From a virus (lineage: Duplodnaviria; Caudoviricetes): a stretch of 59,716 bases of DNA. The stretch covers positions 1 to 59,716 of IMG/VR virus record IMGVR_UViG_3300022752_000076. The stretch is one strand, 5' to 3'. The notes below the pieces were generated by a model. The model was not told where the DNA came from and ran no database searches. It saw nothing but the letters and a program-made list of their open reading frames with translations. Below, piece by piece: positions 1-7,718 of the stretch. Both the position numbers and the translations under genes were made by a program. Every line of letters begins with the position of its first letter. Position 1 is the stretch's first letter.

Positions 1-52
1 CTCCGACTAAAGGCTTGCAAAGCCCCTGTGCTACCATTATCACTACCAGCCC
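1..52 (-). tRNA. tRNA-Ala(UGC), 3' end runs off the window
   Basis: Reverse complement GGGCTGG-TA-GTG...CAC-A-GGGGC TTTGCAA GCCTT; anticodon TGC. Confidence 0.85.
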
Positions 53-58
53 ATTGTT

Positions 59-132
59 TGGCTCCGAGGGAGGGAATCGAACCCCCACTAACGGTTTTGG
101 AGACCGCCGCACTGCCATTATACTACACCGGA
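59..132 (-). tRNA. tRNA-Trp(CCA)
   Basis: Cloverleaf; anticodon arm GCGGT-CTCCAAA-ACCGT, T-loop TTCGATT, encoded CCA. Confidence 0.93.
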
Positions 133-138
133 GTTGTT

Positions 139-215
139 TGGCACACCGTACGGGATTCGAACCCGTGATCTACGCCGTGAAAGGGCGTTGTCCTAGACCG
201 CTAGACGAACGGTGC
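139..215 (-). tRNA. tRNA-Glu(UUC)
   Basis: Cloverleaf; ACGCC-CTTTCAC-GGCGT, GGTTCGAATCC, encoded CCA. Confidence 0.95.
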
Positions 216-247
216 GTTGTGTTTTGTTTAATCAATCAATATATAAT

Positions 248-276
248 ATTATAGAGAAGTTTGGCATGTGTGTCAA
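248..276 (-). promoter_or_regulatory. sigma70 promoter for the tRNA cluster
   Basis: TTGACA-17 bp-TATAAT on the minus strand. Confidence 0.88.
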
Positions 277-278
277 TA

Positions 279-401
279 CTATAATCTTCGACGTTTCCAC
301 CTATAGTACTCATAACCCCAAGCACCTGTTGCTACAACTATAGTTGTTATGGCAAACAACCATAGTTTTAAGGACATGATTTCCAAAAGCCCCTCAATCA
401 T
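279..401 (-). CDS. small membrane protein (40 aa)
   Basis: Hand-translated MIEGLLEIMSLKLWLFAITTIVVATGAWGYEYYRWKRRRL; one TM plus basic tail; ATGA overlap with upstream gene. Confidence 0.6.
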   Translation of the reverse strand: MIEGLLEIMSLKLWLFAITTIVVATGAWGYEYYRWKRRRL

Positions 402-556
402 TTGTCACTTTTTGGCCATGGCCAGGACTCGCTGTACTGTCGTTCAGTATGTGCGGCCCAAATGCGGCGCTCTTCCAATTCTTGGCTGACCCTAAGCCGC
501 CAAACTACTAAACCTACTATTAAAAAGAATATGCCGATTCCAAGTAGTATTTCCAT
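398..556 (-). CDS. small membrane protein (52 aa)
   Basis: Hand-translated MEILLGIGIFFLIVGLVVWRLR...; N-terminal TM; packed between neighbours. Confidence 0.6.
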   Translation of the reverse strand: MEILLGIGIFFLIVGLVVWRLRVSQELEERRIWAAHTERQYSESWPWPKSDK

Positions 557-558
557 AG

Positions 559-1209
559 TTAGTCCCACAGTGCTTCATAGTATTTACCAAATAGTCTATA
601 GCCATTGCTTTTGCGAGCTTGCCAGGCGTCTAAGCCTTCATGATCAACCTTAATCAGCTCAATTTGTTCCTGAAAGCTCTTGCCAACCTTCTCCGCCTCA
701 GTAGGATGAGTATAAAACTGGTCGTCACCATTATTATCTAGTTTTTGTTCAAAGGCCCAAATCATCTCACCTAGTGCCCAGTCCCAGCGTTTAAAGTGAT
801 TGTCATCAACATCATAATCATGTTCTTTTGGAGGTGCACTAGTACTACGCAAGTGCTCTGGCACATCCTCATCATCTACCAGTGGGGCACCATGCTTAGT
901 TGCTTGCAATTGTTTAAGCATGGGTACAACTATGTGACTTAGGGTATGATCCATTGACCAAGTATCCCAAGGGTCAATCTTTACATACACTTGTCGTTCA
1001 CGCTTGCTATCTACCCATAACAAGAACTTATGTAGTAGAGTAGGGCTACCGTCCTTCTTCTCAGCAAGCCATTCGCCAAAGTTATGTACCCATTGTGGCT
1101 TGTCTAAGTTACCATCTTTGTCTTTAACTTCCTTGACCCACGAGCAAAGCAGGTCAGCTAGCTGATACGGGCCAAACCAGTCTCTATATGGGCCAATAAT
1201 TACTTTCAC
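559..1209 (-). CDS. conserved hypothetical phage protein
   Basis: 216 aa; KIDPWDTWSMDHTL...HGAP motif recalled from large aquatic phages; SD AGGAA. Confidence 0.8.
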   Translation of the reverse strand: MKVIIGPYRDWFGPYQLADLLCSWVKEVKDKDGNLDKPQWVHNFGEWLAEKKDGSPTLLHKFLLWVDSKRERQVYVKIDPWDTWSMDHTLSHIVVPMLKQLQATKHGAPLVDDEDVPEHLRSTSAPPKEHDYDVDDNHFKRWDWALGEMIWAFEQKLDNNGDDQFYTHPTEAEKVGKSFQEQIELIKVDHEGLDAWQARKSNGYRLFGKYYEALWD

Positions 1210-1219
1210 GTTAGTTCCT

Positions 1220-1525
1220 TTATGCTTGTTCTCTGCTTAAGTCTAGGTATGAGGCTGGTTGTACACTAGTAGAGGTTGCACGAGTGGGACAGCCAAAGTG
1301 TGGACATACGTAACCCATACTACGCTCAGTAGTCATGCCACATACTTGACAACCTCTGTAAGTTGCAGGTCGCACCGGCTGCACTGGTGGTATTAGTTTG
1401 TATACTAATTGCCTTAATTCCATGATCTCTTGCTCCAACTTGTATAGTTTAGTTTCTAGATCTTGCTGAGCACGAGTTTCCGGTGGTGGCATACCGCCCC
1501 ACATTTGTCCAAGATTACTTTTCAC
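1220..1525 (-). CDS. hypothetical protein (coiled coil plus CxxC/CxxxxC Zn-finger-like)
   Basis: ORF with GGAG SD, operon packing. Confidence 0.7.
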   Translation of the reverse strand: MKSNLGQMWGGMPPPETRAQQDLETKLYKLEQEIMELRQLVYKLIPPVQPVRPATYRGCQVCGMTTERSMGYVCPHFGCPTRATSTSVQPASYLDLSREQA

Positions 1526-1724
1526 TGTCTAGCTCCTGCTGTGCTTTAGCACCTTGATGAAATGCTTCTTGTACCCAGTATTGTAGACTATCATGACTAA
1601 CATTACCACAATCTAACATTTCTTCTAAAAAGCCATTACGGTTTCGCTTACTATCATAGCTGGGAAAAGGTTTGTTGTAAAACCAGTCAATAAATTTCTT
1701 TTGTACAGGTATATCCACTACCAA
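1515..1724 (-). CDS. hypothetical protein
   Basis: ORF overlapping neighbours in operon fashion. Confidence 0.65.
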   Translation of the reverse strand: MVVDIPVQKKFIDWFYNKPFPSYDSKRNRNGFLEEMLDCGNVSHDSLQYWVQEAFHQGAKAQQELDSEK

Positions 1725-1903
1725 CTCTCCACATCAGTTATATCTACGCTAGTATCACTGGTCTTGCCAAAAAGTGAAAATTTTACTTTTACAACTGGGC
1801 CAATGCCACTACTATGTTCTTCATACAGCTCATATAGTTCAACTTCCTGGAAGTGATCTACAATATCCGCTAATTGTTCAATTTGTTTTCTTGTTAACCG
1901 CAT
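1718..1903 (-). CDS. hypothetical protein (start MRLTRKQ)
   Basis: GGAGG SD before ATG at 1903. Confidence 0.7.
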   Translation of the reverse strand: MRLTRKQIEQLADIVDHFQEVELYELYEEHSSGIGPVVKVKFSLFGKTSDTSVDITDVESW

Positions 1904-1904
1904 A

Positions 1905-2132
1905 TTACCTCCGCATTGCACTAATGTCACGGGCCTCTTGTTGGCTAAAGATAGGCACAGCATTTGATTTGTGTAGTGTACCAATACCAATAATATTGCC
2001 GCCGGTATAAACCGGACTTGCACGCTTAGCACCCACACCTACACCGCTATCGCGACTAGGAATGTGGTCATTCATAGTGCGACCTGGGGGCGGCACAAGT
2101 TTAGGAATCTTATTGGTGCGGTATTTTTTCAT
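1905..2132 (-). CDS. conserved hypothetical phage protein
   Basis: YTG..IGIGTLHKSNAVPIF...ISAMRR motif recalled from aquatic phages; directly downstream of a promoter. Confidence 0.75.
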   Translation of the reverse strand: MKKYRTNKIPKLVPPPGRTMNDHIPSRDSGVGVGAKRASPVYTGGNIIGIGTLHKSNAVPIFSQQEARDISAMRR

Positions 2133-2158
2133 GGCTATACTCGATCAAATAAAAATAT

Positions 2159-2187
2159 ATTATACATGGCCTAGGCATTGCCGTCAA
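2159..2187 (-). promoter_or_regulatory. sigma70 promoter
   Basis: TTGACG-17-TATAAT. Confidence 0.75.
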
Positions 2188-2554
2188 GATTATATTTTTT
2201 CACTAATATCTTTAGTTGTTTACTAAGCCAATTAATCGCCGCAGTATAATTTTGTACTTGCAATACCTGACCTGGCAGCCACTCAGGTTTTAGTGTTAAT
2301 GCTAACACATCATCCTTAGTAACATATATCAGTTTTGTGTCACCATCGCTCCAACGCAAACGTTTTGCTTCAATAGTAACTGTTTCAGGACCCTCAACCG
2401 AGCCAACTGCCACCTTAGATATAAAATCAGGTGTAATAGGGCGTTTTACAGCAACCTTAATAGTGCCCTCTCGCTCTAGTGCTTCCAATAACCACATTGG
2501 TAGGTCTATAACTGTAATAGGCTCAAAATCATACGTGTACAGAACGATATTCAT
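2171..2554 (-). CDS. hypothetical protein
   Basis: 127-aa ORF in operon. Confidence 0.75.
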   Translation of the reverse strand: MNIVLYTYDFEPITVIDLPMWLLEALEREGTIKVAVKRPITPDFISKVAVGSVEGPETVTIEAKRLRWSDGDTKLIYVTKDDVLALTLKPEWLPGQVLQVQNYTAAINWLSKQLKILVKKYNLDGNA

Positions 2555-2708
2555 TATTTTCGTTTAACTTTGCAAATCCCAGCAGTTTGTCTGTGCCGTA
2601 TTTTGCTTCAGCTAATAATTTAAGTTGATAATCACTATCTGCAAACATATCAGTTTCTAAAACTCCGGTTTCTTCTAATTTTAACCAAATTTTATACTTG
2701 TACATCAT
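2529..2708 (-). CDS. hypothetical protein
   Basis: GGAG SD before ATG ATG TAC. Confidence 0.6.
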   Translation of the reverse strand: MMYKYKIWLKLEETGVLETDMFADSDYQLKLLAEAKYGTDKLLGFAKLNENNEYRSVHV

Positions 2709-3363
2709 CTTCTCCAAAAAATGCACTCATTGTTACAGGCGCAATATAGCATAGTTCATTATACGCACATTTAGCTATTAATCTATGCTCTTTTTGAGTA
2801 CTAGGATCTAGCCGCTGCTTTAGGTAGAATATCCAGCTGCGTAGTGTACCATTCATGTACATGCGACTAGGTGTTAATCCTTCTGGAAGTATTGCACGTG
2901 CTTGTTCCTTGGCAATGCCTGCACTAATAGCCCAATCGTAATGCCGTTGAACATCTTCTGCAATAGTCTTCAACCTATACTCCCACTGTGACCCTAATAT
3001 GCGATCTGCATCAACTAAGTAGTCTAGTGGTATACTATTCTGACGGTTCTTTTTATCTTGACGTCTAGGCTCGCGCGTTGTGTCTAACTGACCCAATTTT
3101 TCAACCGTTTGATAACGCTGCGAAAACTCCTGAAAACTAAACGACCTATGGCGTAGTATCTGACGAGCAATATCACGTGTTGTATTAATTTCCATGCAAA
3201 CATTAACCATTTCAAATGGACTAACATGGCCTTCCTTAATCATATACTTTAGTAATCCGCGATATTCACTATTCATTTGATTTTGTGGATTACTTACGCG
3301 CGCAATTTGCGCTATATTTTTATCTATTTCTGGTGTTGCCCACCAAATGTGTGCTGTATTCAT
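2692..3363 (-). CDS. thyX: FAD-dependent thymidylate synthase
   Basis: GHVSPFE, RQILRHRSFSFQEFSQRY (RHRx7S), EQARAILP, TQKEHR motifs. Confidence 0.96.
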   Translation of the reverse strand: MNTAHIWWATPEIDKNIAQIARVSNPQNQMNSEYRGLLKYMIKEGHVSPFEMVNVCMEINTTRDIARQILRHRSFSFQEFSQRYQTVEKLGQLDTTREPRRQDKKNRQNSIPLDYLVDADRILGSQWEYRLKTIAEDVQRHYDWAISAGIAKEQARAILPEGLTPSRMYMNGTLRSWIFYLKQRLDPSTQKEHRLIAKCAYNELCYIAPVTMSAFFGEDDVQV

Positions 3364-3390
3364 AGTAGTTTTAAATTTTTAAGATTATAT

Positions 3391-3419
3391 ATTATACCAT
3401 CAATGCAAAGGGGTAGCAA
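3391..3419 (-). promoter_or_regulatory. sigma70 promoter for thyX operon; -35 lies in an 11-bp inverted repeat (3410-3443)
   Basis: TTGCTA-17-TATAAT; GGGGTAGCAAG/CTTGCTACCCC. Confidence 0.65.
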
Positions 3420-3447
3420 GCTAATATTTTAACTTGCTACCCCACCA

Positions 3448-3930
3448 TTAAACATAAAATATGTGTTTGCCTATTGTACGTATATGCTTTTTATTAGTTC
3501 TCCAATACGGTTTAACATGCTGTGCATGAAAATATAGTGCATTAAAGTTTTCTAGGAAAATTCTTCCGCTAAGAACTCCTTGGGCAATATGTAAAGACGT
3601 CTCCCATTGTTTTGTGTCTAGAATAGCCTGTTTAGGCAACTTAGTCCAGCTAAACTGGTCAGGTTGGTAGACTACACCGCATATAGTCTTGCTAAAATCC
3701 TCTGGATGTTTAACACGGTTTAGGGTTACTTGGGCTACTGCTATTTTTCCTTTATAGCTTTCTCCACGCGCTTCAAAGTAAATGTTTTTTGCTAGGCAGT
3801 TTAGGTCTTGTTTTGTATGTGCTAAGGCATAATAATAGTTTATAGGTGTTTCACCAAATTTTATTGATACTTGTGGGAAAGACAGTAATAGGACAATAAC
3901 ACTAGCTATAAATAGCTGTGCTATGCTCAC
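3448..3930 (-). CDS. SleB-like cell wall hydrolase (Hydrolase_2)
   Basis: CLAKNIYFEARGE, AVAQVTLNRV, QFSW, IGKHIFY; N-terminal signal/TM. Confidence 0.93.
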   Translation of the reverse strand: MSIAQLFIASVIVLLLSFPQVSIKFGETPINYYYALAHTKQDLNCLAKNIYFEARGESYKGKIAVAQVTLNRVKHPEDFSKTICGVVYQPDQFSWTKLPKQAILDTKQWETSLHIAQGVLSGRIFLENFNALYFHAQHVKPYWRTNKKHIRTIGKHIFYV

Positions 3931-3968
3931 TTGTGGTTCCTTTCTGTAATAAAAGTTGCGATAATTCT

Positions 3969-3997
3969 ATTATAGTTGATTGGCAAAAAAACTTCAA
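3969..3997 (-). promoter_or_regulatory. sigma70 promoter, leftward member of divergent pair
   Basis: TTGAAG-17-TATAAT. Confidence 0.7.
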
Positions 3998-4041
3998 GTA
4001 CAAATATCTTGTGGCCGGCGCCAACATGCAAAAAATTGTGC

Positions 4042-4070
4042 TAGACAAATGTTTGCCAGGCTGCTATAAT
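4042..4070 (+). promoter_or_regulatory. sigma70 promoter, rightward member of divergent pair
   Basis: TAGACA-17-TATAAT with TG extension. Confidence 0.75.
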
Positions 4071-4090
4071 ATAGTGAATGGAGGAAACAA

Positions 4091-4285
4091 ATGTCTAAAA
4101 TTGTCAATTACACGGCAGAGCTAGAACATCTTATAGTAAGCACCTTATTACCTGCATATGAAGATTACTGCAGGCGTTATCCATTTAGTCCACTAGCCAA
4201 AGAGATTAACTACGACATTGTTAGAGAAATTAAGCATACACGAGATTGTGGGGCGCTGCTCAAGCCTAGAAAAAATCTCACTTGA
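4091..4285 (+). CDS. hypothetical protein
   Basis: GGAGG SD; downstream of promoter. Confidence 0.7.
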   Translation: MSKIVNYTAELEHLIVSTLLPAYEDYCRRYPFSPLAKEINYDIVREIKHTRDCGALLKPRKNLT

Positions 4286-4310
4286 AAAGTTTTATGATAA
4301 AAGGTATAAT
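4282..4310 (+). promoter_or_regulatory. sigma70 promoter
   Basis: TTGAAA-17-TATAAT. Confidence 0.75.
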
Positions 4311-4338
4311 AGTAGTTCGGTTTAATTTTTAAGGTAAA

Positions 4339-4878
4339 TTGATGAAGAAAACAATTTTAAGTATTGCTATGGCTCTGGGATTTGGTACTGCACAAGCAGC
4401 GTGGATCAGTTATGATCTAGATAATGTAAAAGCAGATGCTAAAGGCGGCAGGGACAGTCAAGCACATTATATTCGTGCTGGCGGCGAAGTTATTGGACTA
4501 AATACAATGATGCAGGCTCGAACAGCTAGTTTTAGTGGCGGCGGCATGGTACACAGTGTAGAATTAACCGCAGGCAAGCCATTGGGTTTAGTTAGTCCAT
4601 TTGTTGGCATTGGTCACGATCTTGGATATAATGGAGCTAAAAGTTTTCAATACGGATTGTTAGGGGTTAGCGGTGGCATGCCTATTGGCAAATTATTTGC
4701 CTATGCTGGTGCTAAAACTCGCGTTAACTGGGACGATAACAACCCCAAGCAAACAGTAACTTTTATTGGTGTTAGCACGCCTATTACCAAACAGCTAAGT
4801 GCTAATTTTGGCATTAGCAAAAGTACGCAAGATATTAAGGAAACTGCTATTGGAGCAGGAGTACGCGTAAGTTTTTAA
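4339..4878 (+). CDS. outer-membrane beta-barrel protein
   Basis: Signal peptide ending AQA; alternating amphipathic strands; C-terminal GVRVSF with terminal Phe. Confidence 0.75.
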   Translation: MMKKTILSIAMALGFGTAQAAWISYDLDNVKADAKGGRDSQAHYIRAGGEVIGLNTMMQARTASFSGGGMVHSVELTAGKPLGLVSPFVGIGHDLGYNGAKSFQYGLLGVSGGMPIGKLFAYAGAKTRVNWDDNNPKQTVTFIGVSTPITKQLSANFGISKSTQDIKETAIGAGVRVSF

Positions 4879-4880
4879 AC

Positions 4881-5050
4881 GTAGTGTTAGGCTGTTGACT
4901 ACGTACATATTAAACAACTCAACAAGCTATAATCTAGTATCGAAGGCTGCTACAGTAATAGAGTCCGGGACAACTAGATGCCGAGATTAAAAATCCCTTT
5001 ACTGAGGGTTGCTCACTATAAAGTCAGAGGCTAGCTGGAAGGTAAGCTAG
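4881..5050 (+). ncRNA. candidate structured RNA in the hsp20 leader
   Basis: Nested helices GTAGTG/CACTAT, GCTGTTGA/TCAACAAGC, ATCTAGT/ACTAGAT, CTAGCT/AGCTAG in a 210-nt intergenic gap. Confidence 0.4.
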
Positions 5051-5065
5051 GAAAACCCCTTCATA

Positions 5066-5093
5066 CTCGCTTAGTAAACAAGGAGAAATTATG
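5066..5093 (+). promoter_or_regulatory. ROSE-like RNA thermometer hairpin
   Basis: CTCGCTT (5066-5072) pairs with SD AAGGAG (5080-5085), leaving the G bulged, upstream of a small heat-shock gene. Confidence 0.7.
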
Positions 5094-5492
5094 ACACAAT
5101 TAGATTTAGTAAACCATGCTTTAATCGGATTCGACAGAATCTTTAATCAACTGGATAATGTTCGTGCTAGTACAAAAACTTATCCACCACACAATGTAGT
5201 AAAAATTGATGATGATAATTGGCTTGTAGAGTTAGCAGCTGCTGGATTTTCACGGGACGAGCTAACTGTAGAACTTCACGAGAACACATTGACAATCCGC
5301 GGTCGTAAAGTGGAGCAAGCAGGTAGACAATACTTGTATAGAGGATTGGCAATGCGTAGTTTTGAGAAGAGCTTGTATATACAAGACCATATTAAAATTA
5401 AACATGCAGAATATAAAGACGGTATGCTTAACATCTATCTAGAACAAATAGTTCCTGATAGTAAAAAACCTAAATTAATTACAATTAACTAA
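5091..5492 (+). CDS. small heat shock protein Hsp20/IbpA family
   Basis: IGFD, YPPHN, ELAAAGF, YLYRGLAMRSF, DGML, KPKLITI motifs. Confidence 0.95.
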   Translation: MTQLDLVNHALIGFDRIFNQLDNVRASTKTYPPHNVVKIDDDNWLVELAAAGFSRDELTVELHENTLTIRGRKVEQAGRQYLYRGLAMRSFEKSLYIQDHIKIKHAEYKDGMLNIYLEQIVPDSKKPKLITIN

Positions 5493-5495
5493 CCT

Positions 5496-5517
5496 AGGGG
5501 GCGCTAGCCCCCTTTTT
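5496..5517 (+). terminator. rho-independent terminator
   Basis: AGGGGGC-GCTA-GCCCCCT followed by T run. Confidence 0.85.
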
Positions 5518-5523
5518 ACTATT

Positions 5524-6189
5524 ATGCCTAAACACGAACAATTTTCAGAAGATCAGCAGCTAAATTTATTTTTTAATACTACTGTACCACCAGCTAATAG
5601 CGCAACGGCTAAAAAATTAGTTGAAGAAGCCCCATACCATCCTGGATATGAAGGAGCAGTATTTACTACTAGTATATATAATGATATTACTCCTAGTACA
5701 TTAAGCTATTCAAGCTATGGAGCAGAAGATATTATTAGTATTAGCGGCTGGGCTGCGCAACCTACAATTAACGTAAACACAGACCCTAGTCCACAAAATA
5801 TTTCCTTTGACTGGAATAAGATGACCACTTCTAACAAGACAGTTGCAGGTGGTGGCAGTGCAATGAAGTTTGATAGCGGTAAGCTGCCTGTTAACTTATT
5901 GAGTAGTGAAGCGCTCCTACAAACAGCAGCAGTATTAAAATTTGGTGCTGATAAATATCATGCACACAACTGGCGTGATGGTTTTGCCTGGAGCAGACCA
6001 CTAGCCGCAGCAATGCGACATATTATGGCCTACAATGACGGCGAAGACAAAGACCCTGAGTCGGGGCTTAGTCATCTAGCACATGCAGCCTGTTGCATTA
6101 TGTTCCTACTAGAATTTGAGAAAACACATCCTGAGCTGGATGACCGTTATAAAGTAGATGTACACAAAACTAAAGAACAATCTAAATAA
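5524..6189 (+). CDS. dATP/dGTP diphosphohydrolase-domain (DUF5664) protein with N-terminal extension
   Basis: KFDSGK, VLKFGADKY..HNWR, AAMRH, DPESGLSHLAHAACC motif. Confidence 0.85.
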   Translation: MPKHEQFSEDQQLNLFFNTTVPPANSATAKKLVEEAPYHPGYEGAVFTTSIYNDITPSTLSYSSYGAEDIISISGWAAQPTINVNTDPSPQNISFDWNKMTTSNKTVAGGGSAMKFDSGKLPVNLLSSEALLQTAAVLKFGADKYHAHNWRDGFAWSRPLAAAMRHIMAYNDGEDKDPESGLSHLAHAACCIMFLLEFEKTHPELDDRYKVDVHKTKEQSK

Positions 6190-6373
6190 AACCTACAAAC
6201 CTCTATACCAGGTTTGTAAAGATCTTGGTATAGACATGGATACCATAGATGTTCACGAGTTAACCAAACACATAGATCAGTGCACACACTGTGGTGTTTG
6301 GTCAACCAAACTAATACCAGACTTAGACGATAATCCTATATGTGGCTATTGCGCTAAGTTAATTGGCCTATAA
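6158..6373 (+). CDS. hypothetical Zn-finger protein
   Basis: CTHC...CGYC. Confidence 0.7.
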   Translation: MYTKLKNNLNKTYKPLYQVCKDLGIDMDTIDVHELTKHIDQCTHCGVWSTKLIPDLDDNPICGYCAKLIGL

Positions 6374-6422
6374 AATTTGTCCGAAATTTGTATACAAACT
6401 TCAAACAATTAGATTTTTTAAC

Positions 6423-6451
6423 TTGACCCTAAACCTCCGCCATGATATAAT
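6423..6451 (+). promoter_or_regulatory. sigma70 promoter
   Basis: TTGACC-17-TATAAT with TG extension. Confidence 0.8.
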
Positions 6452-6475
6452 TGTTATTCATTCTAGGAGTTTAAC

Positions 6476-6679
6476 ATGGCAGGTTATACACGAGAATTTT
6501 TAATTGATGCCTACTTATGGCGTTTTACTAAAGTGCCATCAATAGATATTGAGGGGTTATTACGTCTTGAACAAATTGCCAACAAGACCTATGATACATA
6601 TGGCAAAGATAAGTTTCGTGATTATGCATCTCTAGATGCAGAGTATATTCGTAACTATAAGGCAAACCTTAAACGATGA
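6476..6679 (+). CDS. hypothetical protein
   Basis: AGGAG SD. Confidence 0.75.
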   Translation: MAGYTREFLIDAYLWRFTKVPSIDIEGLLRLEQIANKTYDTYGKDKFRDYASLDAEYIRNYKANLKR

Positions 6680-6867
6680 GTAAAATAGTATTATTACACG
6701 ATGTATATGCTATTAAAGAACAAAAAGAAAAGGAGCTAGCCTACTACCGCGAGCAGCTTGAGATAATTACTGAAAAGTTAATATGGATTGAGCGCGAGTA
6801 TAAGCTAACTAAGGATATTATAAAAATGATTGAACAAGAAAGTGTTGTTGCAATCAAACCAAACTAA
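6676..6867 (+). CDS. hypothetical coiled-coil protein
   Basis: ATGA overlap with upstream gene. Confidence 0.7.
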   Translation: MSKIVLLHDVYAIKEQKEKELAYYREQLEIITEKLIWIEREYKLTKDIIKMIEQESVVAIKPN

Positions 6868-6872
6868 TAATT

Positions 6873-6950
6873 GCCCATGTAACCCAATTGGTATGAGGTA
6901 CTTCGCTTAGAACGAAGGTCGTGTCAGTTCGAATCTGACCATGGGTACCA
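6873..6950 (+). tRNA. tRNA-Leu(UAG), short variable loop
   Basis: GCCCATG/CATGGGT acceptor; CTTCG-CTTAGAA-CGAAG; TTCGAAT; ACCA. Confidence 0.9.
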
Positions 6951-6961
6951 AAAATTTTAAA

Positions 6962-6990
6962 TTGAAAATTTGATATACACGTAGTATAAT
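6962..6990 (+). promoter_or_regulatory. sigma70 promoter of the HNH gene, embedded in a hairpin
   Basis: TTGAAA-17-TATAAT; CGTAGTAT/ATATTACG inverted repeat. Confidence 0.7.
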
Positions 6991-7015
6991 ATAAATATTA
7001 CGAAGGAATTTTAAA

Positions 7016-7678
7016 ATGTATGTATATCAAATATTAGATAAATTAAATTTGTTTTACGACGATGTAGCTAAGCAAAAACACGGAAATTGTCTAGAGATTA
7101 CCTATGGGCAATTAATAGAAAGAATTATAGAAAGTAATGGTAAAATACCGGCATTTAAATGCTTTCCAGAAATTGGTGAACAAACTTTTCATAGAGTTAT
7201 GAAAAGAAACTTTCCAGAAGTTAAATTAAACGGCGGCGAAGAAACTTGGTTTTACTATTTTTTGTCAATTATAGAGTACAAATTATGTGGTAAATGTAAT
7301 CAAATAAAGCCATACTCTGAATACTATAAAGATGTTAATAATATTTCTGGTATAACTAGTCACTGCAAAATTTGCAGAGCAGCTCAAGCCGAAGGAAGTT
7401 ATTCCAAATATTATGCCAGTCATCAAAAATCATACACTAAAAATGCTGGCAAAATTAAAGCTAGAAATGCTGTAGCTAAATTTAAAAGAAAACAACGAGC
7501 TGTTTCCTGGACAGAAACTGACGAAATTAATCAATTTTATGCAAATTGTCCACAAGGTTATCATGTTGACCATATCATACCTCTAATAGGTAAAACTGTT
7601 AGTGGTTTACATGTATTAGCAAATTTACAGTATTTACCTGCAAAAGAAAATTTTATTAAAGGAAACAGGTACGGTTAA
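7016..7678 (+). CDS. free-standing HNH homing endonuclease
   Basis: CGKC...CKIC Zn motif; YHVDHIIPL..VSGLHVLANLQYL..ENF; more AT-rich than flanks. Confidence 0.9.
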   Translation: MYVYQILDKLNLFYDDVAKQKHGNCLEITYGQLIERIIESNGKIPAFKCFPEIGEQTFHRVMKRNFPEVKLNGGEETWFYYFLSIIEYKLCGKCNQIKPYSEYYKDVNNISGITSHCKICRAAQAEGSYSKYYASHQKSYTKNAGKIKARNAVAKFKRKQRAVSWTETDEINQFYANCPQGYHVDHIIPLIGKTVSGLHVLANLQYLPAKENFIKGNRYG

Positions 7679-7712
7679 CGGCGTGGGAGTTCGAGTCTCG
7701 CCTGGGGCACCA
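7672..7712 (+). pseudogene. 3' half of a tRNA (probably Leu type: variable arm, T arm, acceptor strand, ACCA)
   Basis: ...TTAACGGCGT-GGGAG TTCGAGT CTCGC-CTGGGGC-ACCA with no matching 5' half upstream. Confidence 0.7.
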
Positions 7713-7718
7713 ATAACT

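Noticed and set aside
15-254. 79-aa ORF, and similar ORFs at 11009-11212, 14187-14387, 14836-15048 and 15541-15747
   Set aside because: They lie antisense to tRNA/tmRNA genes and are spurious
5524-6189. 2-aminoadenine (Z) genome implied by the dATP/dGTP hydrolase domain
   Set aside because: No purZ or datZ in the window; DUF5664 is widespread in phages with unmodified DNA
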